IMG/VR virus record: IMGVR_UViG_3300032731_000125
Location: 6,432-70,431 of that record
Strand: one strand, 5' to 3'
DNA: 64,000 bases
From: a virus
A model generated the notes under the pieces. That model ran no database searches. It was not told where the DNA came from and worked only from the letters and a program-made list of their open reading frames with translations. Of the stretch, positions 20,467 to 29,760 are shown piece after piece. The position numbers and the translations under genes were made by a program. Position 1 is the stretch's first letter. The number at the start of each line of letters is the position of its first letter.

Positions 20467-20895
20467 TTACTTGAATACTTTACCTTTCGGCTTCACGTTA
20501 ATACGCCTAAACATTGAGTTCGCCTTGCCGGAACCCGTAAGTCTTCGTGCTGCGTTTTTAAGCTGGTACTTATTGTCCTTGGTCATATTGCGAATATTGT
20601 CAGAAGCGTCCCTGATCTGCTTGATACGGTAGTCCCGGACATACTTAGATGCTTTATTGAGATGGTCGCGCCGAGAATGTTTCTCCATGTCACTTTCGCC
20701 CAATAAGAGTAATTCACGCCGATCAGGTTGACGATACCCACCAGCTTCGGATGATACTTGGATAAGAGGTATGTCTTCTCCGGTTACATGTCTAAAGGTT
20801 ATGTTGAACTTCTCGGTACGGTTGTTGTATTTACACCCCAATTTTGGATCTAATGACTTTAGTTTTTCCATAAAATGAGTGTCGGGTTCATACAT
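20467..20895 (-). CDS. Hypothetical head-region protein
   Basis: 142-aa ORF with GAGG SD. Confidence 0.6.
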   Translation of the reverse strand: MYEPDTHFMEKLKSLDPKLGCKYNNRTEKFNITFRHVTGEDIPLIQVSSEAGGYRQPDRRELLLLGESDMEKHSRRDHLNKASKYVRDYRIKQIRDASDNIRNMTKDNKYQLKNAARRLTGSGKANSMFRRINVKPKGKVFK

Positions 20896-20934
20896 ACTTC
20901 ACCTCTAGTTATACAGTTGTGTTATACAATTGTG

Positions 20935-21474
20935 CTACACGATGACGTTGGCTACCGAAGCCCTGGACTCTGCCGTTTTTACTTCTGCTTCCAGCCATTC
21001 AACCTTTTCTCTCAAGGCTTTGATTTCATTGGCTGCGATAATACCGTCTTTCTCTGCGGCTTTGACGAAGTTGTCAGACATATCGGCCATTTCGACCATT
21101 TTACCCTCAAGCGCTACAACCACATCTGTCAGGTCTTCCGGGATATCACATACGCATTCTTCGGCTTCGCATTCTGTAACGTCCAGGTAAACATCGTTCT
21201 TTGCCTTGGTGAAAAAGCTGATGAACAGGGTGGCCGCATTGTGGAAACCGGCTTCGTAGCAGGAGTCCATGCGAGGTTTCAGGAGGCTCCGGATGTCTTT
21301 CATGCGCTGAAGGGGCTCTTCGTGGCCGAGACCATACGCAAAGAGGTGTTGCTTTGTGACCTCGTAGCCTAATGGAACCTCACGGAACATTTCTTCAAAC
21401 TCCATTGGCTCCGGTGTGGTTATGCAGTAGGTAGCGTAGGCTTTTAGTGCCTTGTTTTCGTTGATTGTTTTCAT
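20935..21474 (-). CDS. Hypothetical protein with C-terminal coiled coil
   Basis: 179-aa ORF with AAGGA SD. Confidence 0.55.
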   Translation of the reverse strand: MKTINENKALKAYATYCITTPEPMEFEEMFREVPLGYEVTKQHLFAYGLGHEEPLQRMKDIRSLLKPRMDSCYEAGFHNAATLFISFFTKAKNDVYLDVTECEAEECVCDIPEDLTDVVVALEGKMVEMADMSDNFVKAAEKDGIIAANEIKALREKVEWLEAEVKTAESRASVANVIV

Positions 21475-21514
21475 TTGCTGTCCTTTGGTTTTTGGTTATG
21501 TTAACGGGAAGTAG

Positions 21515-21724
21515 TTAGTCATCCCACTTTATTTGGTCGTATCCAGTCTTGCCGTTTTTAAGCTCCATGCCTTTAGTGTAATTTTTGTTAATGAAGCCAC
21601 AAGATAGAACATGATTTATAGGCCCACCATTGTTGATGTAATTCCAATCGAATTGAGAACTGTTAATTTTCTGCTTTCGCAACCTGTCTTTTTGAGTTTG
21701 CGATAAAGATGACACGTTATTCAC
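21515..21724 (-). CDS. Hypothetical protein
   Basis: 69-aa ORF, GTG start. Confidence 0.3.
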   Translation of the reverse strand: MNNVSSLSQTQKDRLRKQKINSSQFDWNYINNGGPINHVLSCGFINKNYTKGMELKNGKTGYDQIKWDD

Positions 21725-21805
21725 CTATTAAAGTAATTAAATTAGCCCTGGTCGTTGATACAGAATCGAACAGTGACCACAAAACAGTTTTTGCCCTACT
21801 GCCTT

Positions 21806-21843
21806 AAAAAGTATAAGGGAAGGGGTAAACCCCCCCCCTTATA
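21806..21843 (-). terminator. Rho-independent terminator after the capsid/beta-helix genes
   Basis: Minus-strand hairpin TATAAGGGGGGGGG-TTTA-CCCCTTCCCTTATA followed by CTTTTT. Confidence 0.7.
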
Positions 21844-21852
21844 GGATTAATA

Positions 21853-22881
21853 TTAACTACCACCGGCTACTGTCTGGTCAAGCCTGATGTCCAATCCACC
21901 ACCATCATCTGCAACAGGCATCGTGCCTTTCAGAACATATGCAGTTTGATCGGTCCATCGGTCATAACCATATGCCGAACAGTTATGCAACATCATCGGC
22001 CAGGAACCCGTTGCGTCTTGGAGGCTGAACACCTCATTACAGTTAGTTCCTACCGTTGAAGATTGGTCGAAATTGTTAAATACGCAATTTTTCCAGAACC
22101 AACCACGACCAATATGCGTTGACCCTGCTGCCCCTTTATATGCAGTTATCATAGCAACGGTAGCAACAGCAGATGCTGACCTAAACCTACAGCTTTCAAA
22201 ATAACCACCATTAGGCTGTGACCCAATAAACGATACTTGGCCACTGTAGGCAGCAGTTCTCAGCCCCCAACAATCTTCGCCGATGGCACAATCTATCCAA
22301 TGGCAGTTGTGGGCAGTAGTACCAATATGGAGGGATGCACAATCATCGTCAGCAAGTTGCTGACTGGTCATATTGCCTACAAGTCCCAACCTTTCAAAAT
22401 AGTTACCGTAACCGTTTACGTACAACGGGCCAAAATTACCAGCATTTGCACCTGCATTACCAATATGAATATTTTTCATTATGCAGTGATCACCAGTAAG
22501 ATGAATAGTGTAGTCAACCGCAGCCGTGTCCGTGTAAATAGCCGTGTTAGCCTCGCTGTAATCGGATTGCTGGTTTGGCCCACCAAGACCTATCATGTGC
22601 AGATTATCCTTAGTCCAATCCAAGGTAGCTGCTTCGTCGTAAGCCCCAGGAGCAACCAGCATAACGTCATTCCTGTTTGTTACGGTAGCAGCATAGGCAT
22701 CCTTTAGTGTGGTGAACAAATCCGCAGTTTCCACACCATTTTCTTCAAGTGTGGATCTGTACTGCGACGCTGTTGCTGTGGCCTTGGCAACATACTTCAA
22801 TTTGCCAATTCCAGGACCAAGACCTGTCTGGGTCATAATCCATTGAACTAAAGCATTGTCTAAATTTCTTTTTTTAATCAT
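21853..22881 (-). CDS. Right-handed beta-helix virion protein (putative head decoration/spike)
   Basis: DVMLVAPGAYDE..., repeated Asn/Cys-F ladders (FESCRF, WKNCVF); directly after the capsid gene. Confidence 0.65.
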   Translation of the reverse strand: MIKKRNLDNALVQWIMTQTGLGPGIGKLKYVAKATATASQYRSTLEENGVETADLFTTLKDAYAATVTNRNDVMLVAPGAYDEAATLDWTKDNLHMIGLGGPNQQSDYSEANTAIYTDTAAVDYTIHLTGDHCIMKNIHIGNAGANAGNFGPLYVNGYGNYFERLGLVGNMTSQQLADDDCASLHIGTTAHNCHWIDCAIGEDCWGLRTAAYSGQVSFIGSQPNGGYFESCRFRSASAVATVAMITAYKGAAGSTHIGRGWFWKNCVFNNFDQSSTVGTNCNEVFSLQDATGSWPMMLHNCSAYGYDRWTDQTAYVLKGTMPVADDGGGLDIRLDQTVAGGS

Positions 22882-23101
22882 TGTTTTACCTCATAGTTTT
22901 CCATCATGCCGATTAAGCACGATATACTATATATTAAGTTTCAGGTTTGATGGTGCCAATACTGTTAAGAGCATTTAACTAGCGGAAGACACCACCCAGG
23001 TTTACAGTTTTAGGTTATTTACATTTGAGATACGCTTGAGTTATTGGTAAAACATATCCCAAATTTCATACCCGGAGTTTCTGAATCCACGCAAGTACCT
23101 G

Positions 23102-24439
23102 TTAACTCCAGATGTTAGGCTCCGTCAAATCCTTAATTAAAGTGCAAGCGTTCCTTTGCTCCGTTCCCAACTGGGTATAGAGGCGTAAGAACATATCGTA
23201 CTCGTCATATCCTGCCCGTTGGTGCATCTTGTCGCCGATGTTACCCCATCCAAGCGGTTTCACCTCGTACTTCTTGATGGTTCCGGCAGGGTGAAGCATG
23301 ATTTTGTTCGGCTGAGTCATCGGATCGATTATGATCTCAGTAGAACCGTCACCGGCTGCGAACGTCATTACTTCGTACCCACCCTTAAGCTGAGTAGGCT
23401 GAAAACGAACATCAGGCAGCAACAGACCGACATACTTACGCCTTTGTCCAAGACCCATTCTCATCTGAATCTTATTTTTGGACGTAGAGTGAAATCGGGT
23501 CAAGTCAACGGCTTGCAGCATAAGGTCAATGGAAAGTTCCCGATTGACTGAGCTATTGCCGAGCATATTGGCTTGCCATTTCGGCCAGCTTGCCACGGTT
23601 AGACCTTCAAAGGTATCAAGGTTCGTACCGTCATCGAAAATACCATCAAGGCCCATCATGTCAGAGGCAGTGTCGGTAGCGTTGACATGTGCAGCATCCC
23701 TGGAACCCATGTGGATCATGAGGGAACCGGACGCAAGTGCCACGCCGTCTTGAGGCGTATAAGCAGCAATCGTGGAATTCGGGTGATTACTGGTCAAATA
23801 GGTAGCCGCAACATTGGCTTCCATCACACAGGTGCCAGCAGTAAGGTCAACGGCACTAATACGAGCGCCAACAGCATAAGCAGTGGTATCAACCACATCA
23901 CCGGCAGCTTCGTAAAAGTCAACCAACATGCCATCTCGGGCATACATCATGCCTACGTCATTGTCGCAGGTTACCGTCCATGTGGTATTAGTCTGCACGG
24001 TCGAAGCGGCGCTTAAAGTCGCAACCTTGCCCCAACTATCAGAATGTGCTTGACGGTTCATTTCCATGACCAGAGACTTGTAGATGTCATCCATGGAGTC
24101 GGACAGGCCATTTACGAAAGCAGCCATGTCACCTTCAGCCATTGCCATTGCAGGGCCGGTTAACCGAAGAGAACCGTACTGGTAACTCGGCACGATGGTT
24201 CCGGTATCGTACTTGCCAGCCAGACCTTGAGGCAGTTTTTGTGATTCTAAACGGCCACCAACGCCTTGTGCGCCTTCCCACCGGATACCGAACACGTACC
24301 CTTTACCCTTGGGCTTCATGGGGGAATGCGGAAACTGGTTATAGGTTATGGCTTCGAGGTTGAACTGATCGTGCAGCCCCTTGCCATAAACGTTTTTTAG
24401 CGTGTCTGCTAAGTTTGATAAATCGTGATATACAGTCAT
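23102..24439 (-). CDS. Major capsid protein (HK97 fold)
   Basis: 445 aa after the scaffold with strong AGGAGG SD. Motifs LKNVYG, YGSLRLTG, MMGLDGIFDD, LYTQLGTEQRNA. Confidence 0.85.
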   Translation of the reverse strand: MTVYHDLSNLADTLKNVYGKGLHDQFNLEAITYNQFPHSPMKPKGKGYVFGIRWEGAQGVGGRLESQKLPQGLAGKYDTGTIVPSYQYGSLRLTGPAMAMAEGDMAAFVNGLSDSMDDIYKSLVMEMNRQAHSDSWGKVATLSAASTVQTNTTWTVTCDNDVGMMYARDGMLVDFYEAAGDVVDTTAYAVGARISAVDLTAGTCVMEANVAATYLTSNHPNSTIAAYTPQDGVALASGSLMIHMGSRDAAHVNATDTASDMMGLDGIFDDGTNLDTFEGLTVASWPKWQANMLGNSSVNRELSIDLMLQAVDLTRFHSTSKNKIQMRMGLGQRRKYVGLLLPDVRFQPTQLKGGYEVMTFAAGDGSTEIIIDPMTQPNKIMLHPAGTIKKYEVKPLGWGNIGDKMHQRAGYDEYDMFLRLYTQLGTEQRNACTLIKDLTEPNIWS

Positions 24440-24548
24440 TTTAACCTCCTAAAAGTTAAAATATTTTGCTCCACAGCTTTCAGGAGTTTTAAGTTTTTGG
24501 TTTAGATTGGTTGGATTATGCATAGTATGTCTATGCAAGGTGGACTCA

Positions 24549-25451
24549 CTATGTGCGTATATTCATCTTTTCGAGAAACCTTGCGCGTAATCCTTCCAAC
24601 CCTTCTTTGTTTTCTGGCTCTTTTTCAACCGGTGCTTTGGTTGTGTCTGCCGGAGGAACCTTTGTTACTTCGCCTTTACCGTTCAGATAGTTCTTAATGA
24701 CAGCTTGCTCGAAGGCTTTGAAATCCTCAATACCCTGTCGTGCGTGTTTCCGGATTTCTGTTTTTTTACTGACATCAACATTGGTCGCAGGACTATCTAC
24801 CCCAAGATATGTACTTAGATATTGTGCATATTCTTTAGGCATGCTGGACTTGTCGATCTCAGAAGTAACCGTGTTGTCGAAAAACCTGATCGCAGCCTCG
24901 GCTTCAAGAACAGCCTTGGACTTATTCTTACGCTCAAACTCGGCCTTCTTAGTGGCATTAAGCTCTTTTTCCAAACGAGAAATTGTATCGTCCGGTTCCT
25001 CTTCTTCGCGTAACCTTTGTTCCTTTTCCTTTTCCCAGTGAGCCTTGTATCTATCAAAAAGCTCAACATCTTCTACCATTTGGTTGGCGTCTCTGTTCCC
25101 GATAAGTTGCCTCAGCGACTCACCGGAATCGACGGCTTCCTGAAGTTCTTCCAAAGAGTCAAATCCGTGCTTTTCTAAAATTGCTCCGAACGACTCTTGT
25201 GCTTTGACCATCTCAGCATATTTATCTGCATCGATTTCTTCTTTGGTATCGGGTGTTTTAGGTTTAGCATCAACAGTGCCAGTGTCATCGCCATCCAAGA
25301 CCTCTTCGGTATCTTGGGCCTCGCGATCTGCAATTGCGTCTTCTTGCGCATTTACAGCAGCATCGACCACGTTAACCGTAGCGTCTTCAACACCTGCGTT
25401 TTTTGATGCTAATTCGTCCAATACCTGTTGTACCTTTTCGTCTTTCGGCAT
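24549..25451 (-). CDS. Capsid scaffolding protein
   Basis: Acidic N-terminus and helical body, between portal and capsid. Confidence 0.75.
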   Translation of the reverse strand: MPKDEKVQQVLDELASKNAGVEDATVNVVDAAVNAQEDAIADREAQDTEEVLDGDDTGTVDAKPKTPDTKEEIDADKYAEMVKAQESFGAILEKHGFDSLEELQEAVDSGESLRQLIGNRDANQMVEDVELFDRYKAHWEKEKEQRLREEEEPDDTISRLEKELNATKKAEFERKNKSKAVLEAEAAIRFFDNTVTSEIDKSSMPKEYAQYLSTYLGVDSPATNVDVSKKTEIRKHARQGIEDFKAFEQAVIKNYLNGKGEVTKVPPADTTKAPVEKEPENKEGLEGLRARFLEKMNIRT

Positions 25452-25517
25452 GTTTAACCTCCTGCAACCTATGGGTAATATCTGAGATACTAAGCTAAGT
25501 TGCTGATTGTTGTATGT

Positions 25518-25694
25518 TTATATAAAAAAATCACTTATCCATAAATCGTAATTTGGACTATATTCAAAAGCGTCCTGTTCCAACGGGGCATATACGACGT
25601 GCGTTTTTATCTCGCCGTCTTCACTGTACCTGGGAAGATAAAGAATCCCGTTAATTAAATATGCTACTCCATCGCAATTATAATTTTCAGCCAT
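25518..25694 (-). CDS. Hypothetical protein (58 aa)
   Basis: Manual translation MAENYNCDGV...WISDFFI*, TAATG-coupled to the upstream gene. Confidence 0.5.
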   Translation of the reverse strand: MAENYNCDGVAYLINGILYLPRYSEDGEIKTHVVYAPLEQDAFEYSPNYDLWISDFFI

Positions 25695-26056
25695 TACCCT
25701 GTACCTGCTGTGTGAGATTCACAGTTATCGTTTATACACTTCTCAAATCCACCATCATGAAGAATAGTACCATTTCCTCCACAAACCTTGCAGATACGAG
25801 CATAGTTTAAAGTACCATGACCACCATCTACCGAGACTACACCATAAGCTTTCTTACCTACATCCGTGACAGCCAGAGCATTGGGTGACTTCACATTTTT
25901 ATATTTTAACATTGCTGCAAAACCTGAACCTGGATAGACATGTCGGCAACATGCAATGTCTTGATCGTCAACCTTGCCGTATTTAATCATTAGCACAAAA
26001 TCAACCAACCCCAATATCAATGTTGTCCACATTATTAACTGTTGCCACCACTCCAA
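25694..26056 (-). CDS. Membrane-anchored Zn-finger accessory protein
   Basis: N-terminal TM helix, CKVCGGNG...C...C; inserted between portal and scaffold. Confidence 0.5.
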   Translation of the reverse strand: MEWWQQLIMWTTLILGLVDFVLMIKYGKVDDQDIACCRHVYPGSGFAAMLKYKNVKSPNALAVTDVGKKAYGVVSVDGGHGTLNYARICKVCGGNGTILHDGGFEKCINDNCESHTAGTG

Positions 26057-26062
26057 TATTAT

Positions 26063-28207
26063 TTACCCCGTCCCCGCTACCGGTGGTTTCTTAGCTTGGT
26101 TAATTTCGGCTTTCATCTGTTCATCTTGCATTGCCATTTTCCGCTTTTCCGCCATTTGAGATTGCATTGCAAAATTGTGAGCGTCGTAATGGTTAATCGC
26201 AACCACTTGTGCTTCTTCTAGTAAGTTCCTGAATTCCGGCGATAATATAAAGTTTAAATGGGTTTCAAGGCATAATTGATGGTTCTCCATTTTGAACGCC
26301 GGGTCACCGCTAATAACTATTTGTTCAGGTGGCGCATTTGGATCGTCAGGATTTGGTATGTCCATGGTTGCCATTAAGCCCGGTAGATATACGCCAAACA
26401 CCTGACCGTCTTCTTGTATCTGTTCAAAGTCGTCTTTATCAGCAGTAGCAATATAGGCATTCTCACGTTCTGTACGCCTGATATGGATGTTTGTTTTAGT
26501 TTCAAATGTTTTAATTCCGACTTGCTGCATTAGTTTTTCCTGGATCTCAGGCGGTACGGTGGAATCGGCGTTGAATACTCCGGACTTTGCCATCTCGGTG
26601 ATTTGTATGGTCTGTCCAGACTTGGTAGCTACGGCGCTTGCGTCGAGTTCAAGGCGTACATCGGTATTATTCCGAAGGTCGGCACCTTTGAAATTCTTGA
26701 TTTCGACATGGTGACCCTCACCGGCAATCTTGATCATGCGTTCTTCGGTATATATTAACTGGGCCAGCACAAGGCGCTTTGTGTAGACTTCTTTTAGTGA
26801 GCGATAGAAACCCTTAACGTCAGGCGTATGTCCCTGTTCTGCGGCTTCTCGTAGCTCTCCTGCCAGCTTTCCGGACGATTGAGAACCGGGAGACTTACCA
26901 CTTAAGATGTTTCTTGGATTACCACCCGTGTCAGCAGCGCCACGCTTTCTGACTTCGCGCTCTTCAAGTATTTGTTGGGGCAGCGCAAGGCCACGGTCGA
27001 TTTCTGGTTTTGCCCCTCCGGTTAATAGTGAGTCGAATTCTAACGCTATAAATGCCTGACCGTGAGCATTTAGACGTTTTATTCCACCGCCTTTTGGCAT
27101 TGAAATAATCGGTCGGCCTAAACCTTTGCGGTTCATTTCTAAGGAGGAATCGATGTCGTTAATAGAGTCTTGTGGCGATATCTGGTCGTTGACGCCTGCA
27201 TCTGACAAGAACCGGCCCGGAATATGGTGATAATGGAAATCTGTAATGGTGTAATAAAACTTGCCCTTTTTTACAGGGATAGGCATTTTTTCTTGTTCAA
27301 GGAGAATCTTGTCGCCAACCGCAATTATATAACGGCCATCAGGGTGTCGTTTGGTCGGTCTGATTTCGACCTCTTTAAATACAACCATGTTTTCTGCGCC
27401 CAGGTCGAACAATGAACTATCTATACCGGCACCCTTCCACCCGGATACGTTAGATACGAGTTTCATCAGGCGTTTCTGGTAGTCCATCTTGTCGTCATCG
27501 TCACCGGATGGCAGTAGAACCTTGAATGTATCTTCCGTCCATTCACGATCTTTGAGAGACTTAATGCCGATTTCGCGCTTTTTCTTCAGCATGTCGCCGT
27601 AGTCGTCAAAACGCAGGTTGAACGGTAGAATTACCTCGTTGCCAACATCGCCGGTCATCACAAGGCCGTCTTTGGTCATATTCCATTCGCCTGACTCCAT
27701 AGCGGGGTAGGTACGACAGAAGGACGTTCCGAACAATATCATCTGATGGGCAAGCCAGTTTTTAATAACGTTAAACTCGTCATCGTTCATGGTATCCATA
27801 TGACGTAAAACATCACCGCCGAGTTCGGAAGCTTCCCTGTCTTCAAGGTCGTTTGAATTAGGCCATACTCGGATACCATATTCCTTATTGAGAACCATGG
27901 CCTTCATAGAACGTATGTAATCACGGATGATATTGTCAGTAGGCGTTGGCTTGTTTTTTGCTTTTCCGCGACGCTGAAACATTGCTGTTGATCGCACCCA
28001 ATCAAGTTGCTGTTCACCCATGGAATACAACAGGTTGCGTTCCCATATACGTTGCTGAACCTGAATTGAAGCGTCAAGATGGTCGTTGAACAGCTTGGTG
28101 ACTATCTCTATTGCTGACTTGTCGGGTCTTTTTTCGTATTGGTCGTCGTCGGATGTGTCGGCTGTATTGGGTGTGTCGGATGTTTTGTCAGGCTTACTTT
28201 TTGCCAT
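26063..28207 (-). CDS. Portal protein (P22-like)
   Basis: 714 aa, GEQQ..W, DNIIRDYI, VWPNSND.ED...A, SG..SG motif and Gln-rich C-terminus; downstream of terL. Confidence 0.85.
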   Translation of the reverse strand: MAKSKPDKTSDTPNTADTSDDDQYEKRPDKSAIEIVTKLFNDHLDASIQVQQRIWERNLLYSMGEQQLDWVRSTAMFQRRGKAKNKPTPTDNIIRDYIRSMKAMVLNKEYGIRVWPNSNDLEDREASELGGDVLRHMDTMNDDEFNVIKNWLAHQMILFGTSFCRTYPAMESGEWNMTKDGLVMTGDVGNEVILPFNLRFDDYGDMLKKKREIGIKSLKDREWTEDTFKVLLPSGDDDDKMDYQKRLMKLVSNVSGWKGAGIDSSLFDLGAENMVVFKEVEIRPTKRHPDGRYIIAVGDKILLEQEKMPIPVKKGKFYYTITDFHYHHIPGRFLSDAGVNDQISPQDSINDIDSSLEMNRKGLGRPIISMPKGGGIKRLNAHGQAFIALEFDSLLTGGAKPEIDRGLALPQQILEEREVRKRGAADTGGNPRNILSGKSPGSQSSGKLAGELREAAEQGHTPDVKGFYRSLKEVYTKRLVLAQLIYTEERMIKIAGEGHHVEIKNFKGADLRNNTDVRLELDASAVATKSGQTIQITEMAKSGVFNADSTVPPEIQEKLMQQVGIKTFETKTNIHIRRTERENAYIATADKDDFEQIQEDGQVFGVYLPGLMATMDIPNPDDPNAPPEQIVISGDPAFKMENHQLCLETHLNFILSPEFRNLLEEAQVVAINHYDAHNFAMQSQMAEKRKMAMQDEQMKAEINQAKKPPVAGTG

Positions 28208-28237
28208 TGTGCCTCATAATGGTTGGTGCGTATAAGA

Positions 28238-28257
28238 AAGTTAGGTGCGTCTAACTT
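28238..28257. promoter_or_regulatory. Palindrome AAGTTAG-N6-CTAACTT upstream of portal
   Basis: Identical arms recur at 42835..42854 upstream of terS. Confidence 0.6.
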
Positions 28258-28449
28258 ATATGGCGCAAAAAATGGTCACACCTGATGGATAGTGGCGCAA
28301 CCTTGTGGTTTATATGGTGGTTAGTCTAATTTTGGTGCCAGAACGGAATCTGTCGGTCTGCTCATCTGGCCACCTTCATGTGGCCACCTTTTTGTTGTAT
28401 TGCTCATCTGCTTTCTCCTTTAAAAAAACACCTACTAAGTGTAAATCAC

Positions 28450-28478
28450 ACTATAACTACTATAATGCGAATTGTCAA
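28450..28478 (-). promoter_or_regulatory. Sigma70-like promoter for the portal/capsid operon
   Basis: TTGACA-N17-TATAGT. Confidence 0.7.
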
Positions 28479-28517
28479 GTGGTGGGTGTTTTAAATGTTG
28501 GGATTAGTGCTTGGTCG

Positions 28518-28730
28518 TTAACTATTTAATTGCATATATTCATAAGTGTCTAGTTCGCAGTCATCTCCATGCCATAGCTTACCATCTGAGTATAGACTGA
28601 AAGAATGACCGCATTCAGAACATTCGTAATGTCGCAATAGTCGGTTGTTTATTTTGTATTCATCGAGTTTAAAAGCGTCGTTGCTACATATCGGACAGTC
28701 CTCGATTCTCCTTGGTGTCTTGCCTCTCAT
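28518..28730 (-). CDS. Zn-ribbon protein
   Basis: CPIC...CSECG with AAGGAG SD. Confidence 0.6.
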   Translation of the reverse strand: MRGKTPRRIEDCPICSNDAFKLDEYKINNRLLRHYECSECGHSFSLYSDGKLWHGDDCELDTYEYMQLNS

Positions 28731-28746
28731 TTTTAGTGTCTCCTTG

Positions 28747-29022
28747 TCAACCTACCCTGAATGTATCAGATTCTCTATCAATATACTCGGTTAAACTCTC
28801 ACGCCTTTCTTCTGACGTTACCGGTTCATCTGGTTTTGTTTCTAACACATGGACTGCTTCGGCGTATTCCCCAACCGTGCGTGAAGATAGCCGTAGGTGT
28901 AGTTTTTCTATCTCGGATTGATACATTTGGCGATCCTTACGGTTGTTGTTGATCTGTATGCCGAGCATTGCCAGTAAAGTTAAGAATGTTATGCCTGTGA
29001 TTGTTGCCATTGTTGTTATCAT
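28747..29022 (-). CDS. Membrane-anchored small protein (probable start 29022)
   Basis: MITTMATITGITFLTLLAMLGI, then an amphipathic helix. Confidence 0.55.
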   Translation of the reverse strand: MITTMATITGITFLTLLAMLGIQINNNRKDRQMYQSEIEKLHLRLSSRTVGEYAEAVHVLETKPDEPVTSEERRESLTEYIDRESDTFRVG

Positions 29023-29044
29023 TTTAATAATCCCCCTATTAATA

Positions 29045-29320
29045 TCATTCATTAACCCGCAAAGGTATGCTCTCCAAACTCTGATCTTTATGCCAATATC
29101 CACTTCGCCGACACCCTGTACAATACCAACCGCCAGCCTTGCCATCAGACCTGAGTTCAAAGATTGTTATCGTTGCGCGTCTCAAATTTTGCCCAGGTGT
29201 TCTTTTCCTGCCACAATGTGGGCATATTGCTGACAATATCCTTTGAACGTGCTGAAGTAACCAAAGTTCAGCCTTAGATGTTAACGGTAATAATCTATTT
29301 TGCTGTTTAGATGTTAACAT
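29045..29320 (-). CDS. Zn-finger hypothetical protein
   Basis: CPHC...CTGC with GGGAGG SD. Confidence 0.5.
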   Translation of the reverse strand: MLTSKQQNRLLPLTSKAELWLLQHVQRILSAICPHCGRKRTPGQNLRRATITIFELRSDGKAGGWYCTGCRRSGYWHKDQSLESIPLRVNE

Positions 29321-29339
29321 TTTAATAATCCTCCCTTGT

Positions 29340-29759
29340 TTATTCCGGCATTAAATTAATCCATGGGCCATCAGGGTTGTTGGATATTTCAACGCAACCG
29401 TCTCCAATATACGGTAAGGCCGCTGCTATCATGTCCTCGCAAGCAATAACTACCATAAAGTTTAGATTCTTGAAAAAGTCTGCCCTCCTTTCTTCAAGTG
29501 GAGGAACAGCTTCGGTTTCATATGGATATTCAAGATTGGGGCTTGGCCTATAATGCTCACTGATATAATGTATAGTTGGCCCGGCAACCCTTACCGTTCC
29601 ATAAACACGATAACCGTCATCGATGATAGGATGTCCCGGTCTTCGTAAAAACAAAACAAACACCCTTTCCATCATGTCGTAATCTTCGACAAGTCTAAAT
29701 TTTCTAAAATCTAAAACTTGAGCGTAAATTGTGTCATATATAGTTTTGTAATAATTCAT
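29340..29759 (-). CDS. Hypothetical protein
   Basis: 139-aa ORF immediately after terL. Confidence 0.55.
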   Translation of the reverse strand: MNYYKTIYDTIYAQVLDFRKFRLVEDYDMMERVFVLFLRRPGHPIIDDGYRVYGTVRVAGPTIHYISEHYRPSPNLEYPYETEAVPPLEERRADFFKNLNFMVVIACEDMIAAALPYIGDGCVEISNNPDGPWINLMPE

Positions 29760-29760
29760 T

